IMG/VR virus record: IMGVR_UViG_3300021171_000016
Span: 1 to 50,851 of that record
DNA from: a virus
Taxonomy: Duplodnaviria; Caudoviricetes
DNA: 50,851 nucleotides
Strand: one strand, 5' to 3'
The notes under the pieces: model-generated
Seen by the model: the letters and a program-made list of their open reading frames with translations, nothing else
The model's database searches: none
Told to the model about the DNA's origin: nothing
Program-made: the position numbers and the translations under genes
Shown: in pieces, positions 1 through 8,415 of the stretch
How positions within the stretch are numbered: the stretch's first letter is position 1
How the letters are laid out: every line of letters starts with the position of its first letter

Positions 1-14
1 TTCCAAAAAATCTT
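1..14. repeat. Terminal near-direct repeat, left copy (TTCCAAAAAATCTT)
   Basis: 13 of 14 nt identical to 50838..50851 (TTCCAAAACATCTT). Confidence 0.85.
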
Positions 15-21
15 TAACCAT
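1..21 (-). CDS. 5' end (MVKDFLE) of the major capsid protein gene, continuing across the circular join into 50837..49674
   Basis: Minus strand reads AAAGGAAAAAAGCATT-ATG GTT AAA GAT TTT TTG GAA. Collapsing the 14-nt terminal overlap puts it in frame with the capsid ORF at the right end. Confidence 0.85.
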
Positions 22-92
22 AATGCTTTTTTCCTTTCGGCCATCCTAGGCCTCACAAGATTTGACACAACCAACCGCGAAACTAACCCCGA

Positions 93-542
93 TTAGGAGT
101 TAGCGTTCGCGATGTTGGCATCGCCAGGAGTCTGGCCGAATAGCTTGACGCCGACAACCGCCGTCGCGCCTTCTGCGACTGCAGTGAGAACGCAACCGAA
201 TGGCACCTGCGTGTAATCATCGGACACGAGCGCGCTCGTGGCGTTGATAAACACGGTTTCACCGACCACAAGAGAATGGTGCAGTGAAGTTACGGAGAGG
301 TTGTAAACTCCGCGAGTGTTGATGGCAATCTGGTCAGTCGTCTTGAAGGCGTCGTTATTCGCGACTCCGACAATGCGGCCCACGACAACCGGGTCACCCG
401 TCTCAACGAGATTGACCGGAGTCGTCACGCCCAACTGAGGCGCGAGCAAATTGGTGTAGGTATCGCCCGTCGAGTGCGCGGGTGCGACAATGGCGGAGGC
501 CGCGAAGCTCAAAGTGTCTCCGGGTTGTACAAAGTTCTTCAT
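93..542 (-). CDS. Capsid cement/decoration protein (DUF2190-like)
   Basis: N-terminus MKNFVQPGDTL, then GDPVVVGRIVGVA and TRGVYNL, typical of DUF2190. Lies between the protease and capsid genes. Confidence 0.75.
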   Translation of the reverse strand: MKNFVQPGDTLSFAASAIVAPAHSTGDTYTNLLAPQLGVTTPVNLVETGDPVVVGRIVGVANNDAFKTTDQIAINTRGVYNLSVTSLHHSLVVGETVFINATSALVSDDYTQVPFGCVLTAVAEGATAVVGVKLFGQTPGDANIANANS

Positions 543-586
543 AATGTTTCCCTTTCACTACTGGATTGCTGTCTCGGAGACAGGGA

Positions 587-1654
587 TTAGCGTTGTGTGG
601 CAGACTCGGCGAGTTCCTTGCTCATGCCCAGGTTGATGTAGTGAGCGACTAGCGCTTCGTGAACTTCCTTGCTGGGCTTATCGCCCTCTTCAACCTGTGT
701 GTTGTCGGCTGCGCCGACGCCGCGAACCACTGAAGTTGTCTTGACGCCGAGTGTCTTAATGTATTCGACCTCGGCCACGATGGCCTCTTGCATACCTTCG
801 ACCTTAGCAGCGTCCTTGAAGTGCGAGCGAATGCGGACCTGAGCGGCCTCGGGAAGTTTGGACTCAGACAGAAGTTTCACGAGGGCTGATGCGGCCACGG
901 CTTTCGCTGCGGTCGTCTCGGCTTCCGTAATCTTCAGCTTCGCTGCGTCACGTTCCGCCGTGACTGCGGTTACCAAAGTGGTAGCCGTAGCGAGTCTGGT
1001 CTGAGCCTCAGTTAGTTCGGTTTGCAACTGTTCTGCTGTCTTCATTGTTTCTCCTTTAAACTGAGCCTCGATCAGTTCGATAATGTCTGGACGACGGTCA
1101 CGCAACTGCGCCTCGGTCATCAAGTCCACATCGTTCTGATTGTTGCTGTCTGATTCCATCGCTTCCACCATGCCGCCAGCCCCTGCGTAGGTTACGAAAT
1201 CTACGCTACGAGCTTTCAGCAAGCTGTCCACGTTGGTATATGGCTTTCCCTCGCGGGTTGATTCGGTCGCCTCGCCAATTGCACGAATTGAAATCCCCAT
1301 CTCGTGCAGAAGCCCTTTGCTTGCGAGCATGTCGAGCTTCTCTTTGAAGGGTGGGTCAATGACTTGGGCCTTCGCCTTCACTGTGCCGTCTGACTCGGTA
1401 ACAACCTTGCCAAGCTGCGCAACCCAATTGTTAACCGAACCTTCCGGCTTGATCTTGAGTTCGGCTGCCGTCTGATGGTCGGCGAACATCTTCACGCCCT
1501 CAAAAATATGGGCGTCACGCCGTAGCATGTCGGGAGCGTAGTTACGATTATTCTTCGACAGCCCAGGCTTAATGACGGTAACCGAAAGCAATCCGGTCTT
1601 CGCATCGTAAGCCGCTTCTGTCAACTCGATAACAGAACTCGCGAGGATTCGCAT
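587..1654 (-). CDS. Prohead protease-scaffold fusion
   Basis: VIKPGLSKNNRNY, MFADH, GISI and SVDFVTYAGAGG head-maturation protease motifs, followed by a helical Ala/Glu-rich scaffold. Upstream of cement and capsid genes. Confidence 0.8.
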   Translation of the reverse strand: MRILASSVIELTEAAYDAKTGLLSVTVIKPGLSKNNRNYAPDMLRRDAHIFEGVKMFADHQTAAELKIKPEGSVNNWVAQLGKVVTESDGTVKAKAQVIDPPFKEKLDMLASKGLLHEMGISIRAIGEATESTREGKPYTNVDSLLKARSVDFVTYAGAGGMVEAMESDSNNQNDVDLMTEAQLRDRRPDIIELIEAQFKGETMKTAEQLQTELTEAQTRLATATTLVTAVTAERDAAKLKITEAETTAAKAVAASALVKLLSESKLPEAAQVRIRSHFKDAAKVEGMQEAIVAEVEYIKTLGVKTTSVVRGVGAADNTQVEEGDKPSKEVHEALVAHYINLGMSKELAESATQR

Positions 1655-1944
1655 TAGTTACTCCCTGCGTTGCAATCCTTCGAGGCGCAACGCGCAGCCT
1701 TCGACTTGGCCTGGAACGTATCGCCTCCAGCCTTCGCGGCCTTCATGTGGGCCTCGGCAGCGGTGTTGTTCGCAGTGGCGACTGCTGTCTTGCCCTGGTT
1801 GGAAGCATCGCGAGCCGAGGACAAATGCGCCTGGGCCGCGTTCATGTGGTCATCGTGGGTCTGAGCTGTTTCGCCCTGGCCCGTCCACGCCTCACAGATG
1901 AACTCGCGGTTAAGTTGGTTTGCGGTGTAACGGTTCGCCAGCAT
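1654..1944 (-). CDS. Small Ala/His-rich helical protein, probable internal head protein (or MuF immunity protein)
   Basis: 96 aa, directly abutting MuF and the protease gene. Contains ICEAW, a possible protease site. Confidence 0.55.
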   Translation of the reverse strand: MLANRYTANQLNREFICEAWTGQGETAQTHDDHMNAAQAHLSSARDASNQGKTAVATANNTAAEAHMKAAKAGGDTFQAKSKAARCASKDCNAGSN

Positions 1945-3258
1945 TTAGTTCCCTCGTTTCAGTTTCCATCCACCCAGAGACGTAAGGTCTTCTTTTGGAT
2001 ACAAGGAAACAATTGCTTTGAAGTCTGACTTCTCGCCGTGATGACTTGGATGGTCGAAGGTTGCGTAGCGTGCGCCTGCTTTCCGCGCCTCCTGCATAAC
2101 TTCCCTCTCTGTCTTGTCGCCTTCGAGCACTTCCATCATCTTGTCGGATACATCGAGCGTCTTCCCAGGCTTCGCCTGAAGTTTCATCACAACCGACTTC
2201 GCACTCAACGAACCCATGCGGTGAGCACCACGAGCGAATCCATGAGCCTCGTTGTAGTCCGTCGTTGTGTAAAGTTCCGATTGCTTGCTCGAAGCCTGCC
2301 AGCCGTTGTCCGCACCGTGGAACACCAGCCCGCCTTTATCGGAGTGGAAATGACCCTCGTCTCCGCTTGGCGACTTGGTATCATCTATGCCTTCGCCGTA
2401 TGTCCAGCGGCCTTCTTTGTCCCTCGGCTCGTCGTCGGAATATTCGAGCACCTCGTAATAAGACTCATCAATCTCTGGTGCTCTCGCACCTGTAACTGCA
2501 CATCGGCAGTTGGGATGGAATGGAGGGCTGTCGTCGCCGCTCGGGTAATCATCGTCAACTGGTATCGGGTCCTCGTCGTGGTTGTCCTCGCAGATTTCGC
2601 AAGCCCCCGGACTGAGGATTAGCTGCTTGTACTCGATGCCGATGCTCTGCATCTTCTCCAGAGCGGCGTCAGACATCGCTGTGTTCATTTCAGTGCTTGC
2701 AATCATCCTGGCCCGTGTGGTGGTCATACCGTCCACTACTGCCTTGATGGCTCGGGCCGTGCCATCTACACCTAACTGCTCTTCGATGCCTGACATAATC
2801 GCTTCAGAAATCTGGTCAATCGTTGTCTCGTCGATGCCCACAATCTGCTGAGCAGCTTGTTGTGCCGCGAGGTCCGCTGCGCGTTGCGCCGTAAGGCCGA
2901 GCTTGTCAATTGGATCAGCCTCCTTGAGCAGTTGCTTTCCGTAATCGTGCTCCCAGGCGACGGTAATCCCATCCATCAAGTTGCTCGCCAGCACCATGAG
3001 GAGGGTCGGGCGATGACGCCGGAGAATGTTTGACAAACTCATCTCTACGGCGTGTCGTACCATCGCCCGATCTTTAACATCCGTTTCCGCGATGTGTTCC
3101 AGGTTCAAGTTTTCGAGGTCTGCGGCGACTTGCCTAAAGTACGCCGCGACCTCTCGCTGACAGCGAAGCTCAATCTTGTGACCACGTACACCGAGAACCC
3201 CAGGATGGTTAAGCTTTTCCACCACGGCTTCGAGTTGGTCGAGCAGCCTTGCGTCCAT
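1945..3258 (-). CDS. MuF/SPP1 gp7-like head morphogenesis protein with a C-terminal ADP-ribosyltransferase-like extension
   Basis: RARMIASTE, ACEIC and PPFHPNCRC MuF motifs. Extension after YSDDEPRDKEGRW has VFHG and LYTTTDYNEAHGFA. GGAGGA RBS. Confidence 0.85.
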   Translation of the reverse strand: MDARLLDQLEAVVEKLNHPGVLGVRGHKIELRCQREVAAYFRQVAADLENLNLEHIAETDVKDRAMVRHAVEMSLSNILRRHRPTLLMVLASNLMDGITVAWEHDYGKQLLKEADPIDKLGLTAQRAADLAAQQAAQQIVGIDETTIDQISEAIMSGIEEQLGVDGTARAIKAVVDGMTTTRARMIASTEMNTAMSDAALEKMQSIGIEYKQLILSPGACEICEDNHDEDPIPVDDDYPSGDDSPPFHPNCRCAVTGARAPEIDESYYEVLEYSDDEPRDKEGRWTYGEGIDDTKSPSGDEGHFHSDKGGLVFHGADNGWQASSKQSELYTTTDYNEAHGFARGAHRMGSLSAKSVVMKLQAKPGKTLDVSDKMMEVLEGDKTEREVMQEARKAGARYATFDHPSHHGEKSDFKAIVSLYPKEDLTSLGGWKLKRGN

Positions 3259-3270
3259 ACTCCTCCAAGT

Positions 3271-3375
3271 TCACGCTGTCTGGAATCGAAGACGGTCGGC
3301 GACCGTGCCAAGCAAAACAAAGATCACGATCAATGTGATAGGTATCAAAGAGCGAATCCATGAAAGGCGCCTCAT
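3271..3375 (-). CDS. 34-aa single-pass membrane peptide (MRRLSWIRSLIPITLIVIFVLLGTVADRLRFQTA)
   Basis: ATGA overlap with the portal stop and fills the portal-MuF gap. Hydrophobic core. Below the ORF-track cutoff. Confidence 0.55.
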   Translation of the reverse strand: MRRLSWIRSLIPITLIVIFVLLGTVADRLRFQTA

Positions 3376-4967
3376 AGTTTAGCCGCCAACTTATTGAGCG
3401 CCTCGGTGAGTCTGGTAAGCCTCGCCGATTCTGTGCTGGACACGCCGCTCGGGTCTGGCGTGCCTTGAGGTGAACCACCCGGACTGGTGATTCCTAGCTT
3501 CGCGTTTTGTAACGCGGCCTTCGTGTTCGCTGCAGCCTGTGCGTCCACAACAATCTTGTTGGCTGCGATCTTCTTCATTACTTCGTCAATGTTGTTGATG
3601 CCGAGGGACACGAGCATCATTTGCAGGACTTCTGGAACTTTAACTTCAGGGAATACACCAGCAGCCGCCGTAATAAACGTCCCAAGTTCCTGTAGATCAT
3701 CACCAAGAATGGGAGGGCAATCCACGTCAATGTCTGCCGGGTCTTCATCTTCATCCTCCCCGAGCACAATTCCGAAGATGTCGCGATAAGCGTCCTGCCA
3801 TAGCTGCTGGTAGGAGGCGAACATCTTGAGCATGGGCAATTCCATCGCCGTAGCTGTTGCGAGGTTTCCGGTTGATGGATCGCCGAAGTAATGCAGGAAT
3901 ATACCAGTCGCTGCGCACACCATAAGCTTCAGTTGGTTGCCGTCCTGGGTCGCATCACCCGCGCCAGAGCTAACTTTCATTTGCTCAAGATTGCGGCCAT
4001 CGTTCTCCAGCCACGTCGAACCAGGGGCAGGAGGCGGATTGCGTTCTACCGTGTTCATGCCAGACGTAGCGTAGGTGGACGACATCTGCTGCTTAATCTG
4101 GTTGATGACCGCCTGCCCACCTTTAACTTTGTCTTTGAAGGTGAACTTCGCCAGGGCCTGGGTGATTGCAACACGGGCCTCCATGAAGCGGCGATGCTCT
4201 TTCGACCAGTCCAACCCCGACGCCAGCAAACTATTGCCGCGTTGGTGCAACGTGTCGAAGGCGACATGGTAGATGCAGACGTTATTTTCGGCCTTGCCGC
4301 CGACCATTGAATTAGTCGCCGGGTCTTTGCACTTACCAAGCATGGCGAGGTCGGCGTCATCATCGCGCCAGTCAGCATAATAGAGCTTCTTGTCGCCTGC
4401 CGTGAGCCGAGAGTAACCGAGGACATGCTCCTCGTCGTTCGGGTCGGTGAGAATGTCCATGATCTGCATAGGGTCGATGTGACGAATGATCTTGGTGTCG
4501 TCGCCTTCATCGAAGATTGCAAAGAACAGTTCGCCATCCACCAGCAACTTCTTGGATGACTTGCGCTGGCCTTCGGAACCCATCACGCATTTGTTGCGTC
4601 GTGACTTCGTAAAGGTGTCCAGCGTGGTCATCACGCTCTGGTCATCGCAGTTATAAGTTATACCCACCCCAAGAGCGTAATCGGTCCAAAGTCTAACGGC
4701 TTGCTTGGCCAGGGGATCACGATGCCAGTACAAACGGGCTTTCGCCACGATGGAGGTACGGGTCTGGGCGTCAAGGTCCGCTGCTGTCCATTGCCGTCCA
4801 GGTACGAGCCAGCCGCGATCATCGAGAGCAAGTTCGATGTCGGCTCGGGTGAAAGCTTCGCCAAGTTCTCTTGACTCATAAAGTATGTCCGCCATCTCCG
4901 GAATAGAGAGCGAGGTTCGTCCTGCACCCTTCGCGGATTGCTTCGACTTGCCTCGCTTCTGTCCCAT
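3372..4967 (-). CDS. Portal protein
   Basis: DPLAKQAVRLWTDYALG, LLVDGELF and HYFGDPSTGNLATATAMELP. Positioned between terL and MuF. Start placed at ATG 4967 (AAGGA RBS) rather than 5048. Confidence 0.85.
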   Translation of the reverse strand: MGQKRGKSKQSAKGAGRTSLSIPEMADILYESRELGEAFTRADIELALDDRGWLVPGRQWTAADLDAQTRTSIVAKARLYWHRDPLAKQAVRLWTDYALGVGITYNCDDQSVMTTLDTFTKSRRNKCVMGSEGQRKSSKKLLVDGELFFAIFDEGDDTKIIRHIDPMQIMDILTDPNDEEHVLGYSRLTAGDKKLYYADWRDDDADLAMLGKCKDPATNSMVGGKAENNVCIYHVAFDTLHQRGNSLLASGLDWSKEHRRFMEARVAITQALAKFTFKDKVKGGQAVINQIKQQMSSTYATSGMNTVERNPPPAPGSTWLENDGRNLEQMKVSSGAGDATQDGNQLKLMVCAATGIFLHYFGDPSTGNLATATAMELPMLKMFASYQQLWQDAYRDIFGIVLGEDEDEDPADIDVDCPPILGDDLQELGTFITAAAGVFPEVKVPEVLQMMLVSLGINNIDEVMKKIAANKIVVDAQAAANTKAALQNAKLGITSPGGSPQGTPDPSGVSSTESARLTRLTEALNKLAAKL

Positions 4968-4989
4968 GATTTTTTCCTTAAGAATTACA

Positions 4990-5071
4990 GGAGTGAGACT
5001 CTCAACCATGTCGCTGTAGGCCGCTCTACTACAGTTCGGACTCAACACGGTTGAGGTTGCGCTCTCACTCC
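4990..5071 (-). other. Long interrupted RNA hairpin in the portal leader
   Basis: Minus-strand helices GGAGUGAGA/UCUCACUCC, CUCAACCGUGUUG/CGACAUGGUUGAG (with G-U pairs) and CUGUAG/CUACAG. Confidence 0.6.
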
Positions 5072-5079
5072 AATCTCTG

Positions 5080-5745
5080 TTAGTTGCTGGTCAACGTGAC
5101 GTTGTTGTACTTCGCAACAATCACACCGTCTGTGGTGTTCTCGTCGAGTTGCAACTGAACCGTCGCGGCGTTCTTGCCCCAGGTGGACAGAGTTGCTGGA
5201 ACCTTTTGCAGGTTCGTCGGGATGAGATAAAGGTCATCGTCGATGGCGAAGGCTGCGGTGCCGCTGGTGTGGCCGACGAAGTCATAGTTGTTGAAGATCT
5301 GCACATGGTGCCAAAGGTTTTCGGTCTCAGCAGGAACAATGTTTCCCGTGCTCACCCAATTGCCTTTGACATCGGACACCTGCAAGGCTCCGGTTGCTTG
5401 AACGATCTGCAGGCTGGTGTTGTATTTGTAGCCGTCAGGTCCAACAATCTCAAGGTCGGTCTCGATTGCCTGCAGCGTGGCGTTCGAGCCAGTCGCGAAG
5501 AGGCGATCAAACGACTGACAGACCTTGGTGACGCCCGCGCAGTTGAAGGGAACTGTCTTATAGAAGTCAACGTCCTCGTAATTCTTCGCGCCAGCGAAAC
5601 CAATAACAGTCAGGATGGCGAGAGGAGCTTGACTCGTGTTGTCGAAGGTCGCCGTCTTGGCGGGCACGCCTCCCACACCATCGTTGCCGTTGTGAATCCC
5701 CCAACCGCTGAGAGCCTGAATGCTCGATATGATCTGCTTTGCCAT
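5080..5745 (-). CDS. Hypothetical beta-rich protein, concanavalin A/lectin-like fold suspected
   Basis: LQAIETD, NWVSTG, WHHVQI and QLQLD...YNNVTLT pattern. GGAGG RBS 9 nt upstream of ATG 5745. Confidence 0.55.
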   Translation of the reverse strand: MAKQIISSIQALSGWGIHNGNDGVGGVPAKTATFDNTSQAPLAILTVIGFAGAKNYEDVDFYKTVPFNCAGVTKVCQSFDRLFATGSNATLQAIETDLEIVGPDGYKYNTSLQIVQATGALQVSDVKGNWVSTGNIVPAETENLWHHVQIFNNYDFVGHTSGTAAFAIDDDLYLIPTNLQKVPATLSTWGKNAATVQLQLDENTTDGVIVAKYNNVTLTSN

Positions 5746-5746
5746 G

Positions 5747-5977
5747 TTAGCCAACCTCCGGAGTAATTAGGTATTGAAGCATGAAGTGGTAAGCCATCCA
5801 GCCCAGGAACGGTGCCAGGACCCACGGAGGCAAGGTGGAACGTGAAAGGTAAGTTAATGTCGCGAAGCGTGAACTACGAACGCCCATCGTTTCAAGGACG
5901 GCGAACGCTACGGCCCACAACACCCAAGCAATGAGGTTCCACGTTGGGAACATCGCGAAGCGAGCTGTGAAGTTCAC
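5747..5977 (-). CDS. Small membrane protein (two hydrophobic segments)
   Basis: LIAWVLWAVAFAVLE and WVLAPFLGWMAYHFML. GTGA overlap with the upstream stop. Confidence 0.6.
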   Translation of the reverse strand: MNFTARFAMFPTWNLIAWVLWAVAFAVLETMGVRSSRFATLTYLSRSTLPPWVLAPFLGWMAYHFMLQYLITPEVG

Positions 5978-6189
5978 CAATCACCAAACCCATCCGACAA
6001 CGTAGAGTTGTCAATTGGATTGTATGGATCGAAGCCTCGACCGGAACTGTAGTCTCCCATGTCGTCGGCAAGCATCGCTTCGGTTGCGCGAGCATATTTG
6101 TCACGCTCTTGTCGCTTTAGTTTCACGACGGCTCGCTGTCGTGGTGACAATGATTTGTCGAGGCCGAGTTTTGTAAGGTTGTCTACCAT
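5974..6189 (-). CDS. Hypothetical protein
   Basis: 71 aa, overlaps the terL stop and the next start. Confidence 0.55.
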   Translation of the reverse strand: MVDNLTKLGLDKSLSPRQRAVVKLKRQERDKYARATEAMLADDMGDYSSGRGFDPYNPIDNSTLSDGFGDW

Positions 6190-7826
6190 GTGGAAACGCC
6201 CGCCTCTCCGTCGTCAAGATAAGAATCAATCCCATGTGTCTCGTCAACCACCAATGCTTCGTGTGGAAGCTCCAACGGTCGAGCCAGGTACGTCATGCCG
6301 TGGACTGTGCAGTCTTCCCAATCGTCGTGAGGACCTTTTGGGAACAGCGCGTGTGAATCGATGAAATCAGGAACCCAGGGGGCATTACGCGGCAGCGAGA
6401 TGGTTCGCGCCTCGTGGTAGCCAATAATCCCTTGTGCGCGAACGACTTTGCTCTGAACTGCTGGCATAGCCATAAGCGGAATGACGGGCACACGATAGAG
6501 ACCATTCTCAACCTTTTGATTCGCCCAGGTCGGATGCGCAATAGCGTTGGTCTTCGAGTCGTAGGGAAACATCCACGCACCTGCGTGATTGTTCGTGTCT
6601 AGTTGCTGTAGGAGTTGTCGGCCAGCCGATTTGTCCTCCACCAATACACGGGTTGGGAACTTCCCAAAAAGCCGGGCCGACTCGTAAAACCGTTCGTAAA
6701 CAGTTCGTACAAGGAAAGGAAAACTGAGTTTATCTCTCCAGGCGTCAAATATCGGGTATCCGGTTGGGCCGCATCCAAGGGTAATGCAAGCGCTGTAATC
6801 GTTGGCATCGCCTTCCTCCGTCGCGCAATCGTATATCTGGATTAGCTGATCGACCTGCGGGACGCCATCGAAGTAGCTCCAGTTAATTCGTTTGAACAAT
6901 GAGCCTGCAGGAGCGGATGGCCGCTGCATGTACATCGCTTCCCAGAACACGCTGCCCAGGTTAGCCTTCTGCACATCGAGGAAGTCGCGTGACTTCGACT
7001 CGGGCCACAACGCTGCGTAGGCGTGCATGAACTTCTTCTCGCCCGTTCGCGAGTTGTATATGAAAGAATCTTTTGCCTCGTCGTTCGTGGCCGCGAGACT
7101 GATCACGATCCACTGATCTGACTTCTTATCTTCGCTGGCCCGTTTCAACAGGCGACCCGCGAGGTCGTCCTCGTGCCAGCGCGTCATCACCAAGCATTTG
7201 CGACCGTGCTCCGCCATACGAGTGCCAGCAGCAGTAAGGTAATTATCCCAGACCTTATCGCGGTAGACCTTACTGTAGGCTTCTTCCGCATTCTTGACGG
7301 GGTCGTCAACAAGTAGATCAGTGGCTCCAATCCCAGTAATAGCAGACATGATACCCGCAGCAACGAAGGATGGACGCTGGTCATCATTGTCTCGCTTCAA
7401 CTCCCAGGCTGTGTCGCCGCGTGATTTCAGCGATGACGGGAACAACCGCTGATAGCTTGGTGACTCAATGGTATTGCGAACTGCTTTCGAGAATTGCGTG
7501 GCAAGCTTGTCACCATATGCAGTCTCGATGAAATGGCGGTTCGGGAACAACCCCAAAGCCCACGCTGGACGCCGAACACACACTAACTCGGACTTACCAT
7601 GCTGTGGTGGAGCAAATATCATGAGGTTCTCGTTCAGCTTACCGAATGTAAGCTCTTCGAGAAACCCGGCGATTAGTTCGTGGAACCAGCTTGCACGATA
7701 CAGCGGATAGGTAAAGGTTGCGAATTCGGTAAGTGATTTGCGTGCGCCACGGCGTGACTGCAACTCGGTGAGGAGTTCAATCCGTTTCTCCGCTCGGGCC
7801 ATCGCTACGCTGTTCAACTTCCCCAT
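6183..7826 (-). CDS. terL: Terminase large subunit
   Basis: Walker A APPQHGKS, Walker B LLVDDPVK, MTRWHEDDLAG, and nuclease motifs YDCA, VEDKSAG and FPKGPHDD. Confidence 0.95.
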   Translation of the reverse strand: MGKLNSVAMARAEKRIELLTELQSRRGARKSLTEFATFTYPLYRASWFHELIAGFLEELTFGKLNENLMIFAPPQHGKSELVCVRRPAWALGLFPNRHFIETAYGDKLATQFSKAVRNTIESPSYQRLFPSSLKSRGDTAWELKRDNDDQRPSFVAAGIMSAITGIGATDLLVDDPVKNAEEAYSKVYRDKVWDNYLTAAGTRMAEHGRKCLVMTRWHEDDLAGRLLKRASEDKKSDQWIVISLAATNDEAKDSFIYNSRTGEKKFMHAYAALWPESKSRDFLDVQKANLGSVFWEAMYMQRPSAPAGSLFKRINWSYFDGVPQVDQLIQIYDCATEEGDANDYSACITLGCGPTGYPIFDAWRDKLSFPFLVRTVYERFYESARLFGKFPTRVLVEDKSAGRQLLQQLDTNNHAGAWMFPYDSKTNAIAHPTWANQKVENGLYRVPVIPLMAMPAVQSKVVRAQGIIGYHEARTISLPRNAPWVPDFIDSHALFPKGPHDDWEDCTVHGMTYLARPLELPHEALVVDETHGIDSYLDDGEAGVSTW

Positions 7827-8292
7827 GCAACTCCTTCAACATTCGATCTATATCTTCGTCGGTGAGGTCGGAGGCGCGGGCGTCGAGAATGGCGACCTTC
7901 TTCGCTTTGTCCAGGCCGAGCAGGCAGCGTCGTGACTTAATCACCTTCAGTAATAGTTCGCCAGCGTCCTTGGTCTCGCCCTGATTGGTTAGCTCTTCGC
8001 ATATATCCTCCAGGCCATCGAGCTTTTGTAGTTCGCGTTGGATCGCTTGCTCCGTGGTGAATGAAGCAGTTGCTTTCCACTGTCGCTGTAAAGCTTCGAT
8101 GTCGTCTTTGATTGTTTCAAGACTGCAACCGAACTCCGGGTGCTCGTCGTTCCACACGGCAAGAATCTTCGCAAAGGTATAGCCTTTGAGCAGCCACGAC
8201 GAAACCATCTGACGCCGGAACAATCGCTTGTTGCGGATCAGTGCTCTGTGTCCTTGTGGCTTGGTTATAAACTCTACAACATCCTCGTCCAT
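7777..8292 (-). CDS. terS: Terminase small subunit (HTH)
   Basis: HTH GYTFAKI...SLETIKDDI, RRCLLGLD and ASDLTDEDIDR tail. Immediately upstream of and overlapping terL. Start taken at ATG 8292. Confidence 0.7.
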   Translation of the reverse strand: MDEDVVEFITKPQGHRALIRNKRLFRRQMVSSWLLKGYTFAKILAVWNDEHPEFGCSLETIKDDIEALQRQWKATASFTTEQAIQRELQKLDGLEDICEELTNQGETKDAGELLLKVIKSRRCLLGLDKAKKVAILDARASDLTDEDIDRMLKELHGEVEQRSDGPSGETD

Positions 8293-8415
8293 AATGTGTA
8301 CTCTATGATTATTACACAAATGGTTAACCCGTGCCAAACTCTGCGCAAATATCGTCAGTTGGTACTTAACTTTAAAAGTGGCAGAGTTTTAGGTTTTTCG
8401 CCATCGGCGCACAAC

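Noticed and set aside
1-14. Terminal 14-bp repeat as prophage attL/attR
   Set aside because: It lies inside the essential capsid gene and there is no integrase. An assembly overlap explains it better.
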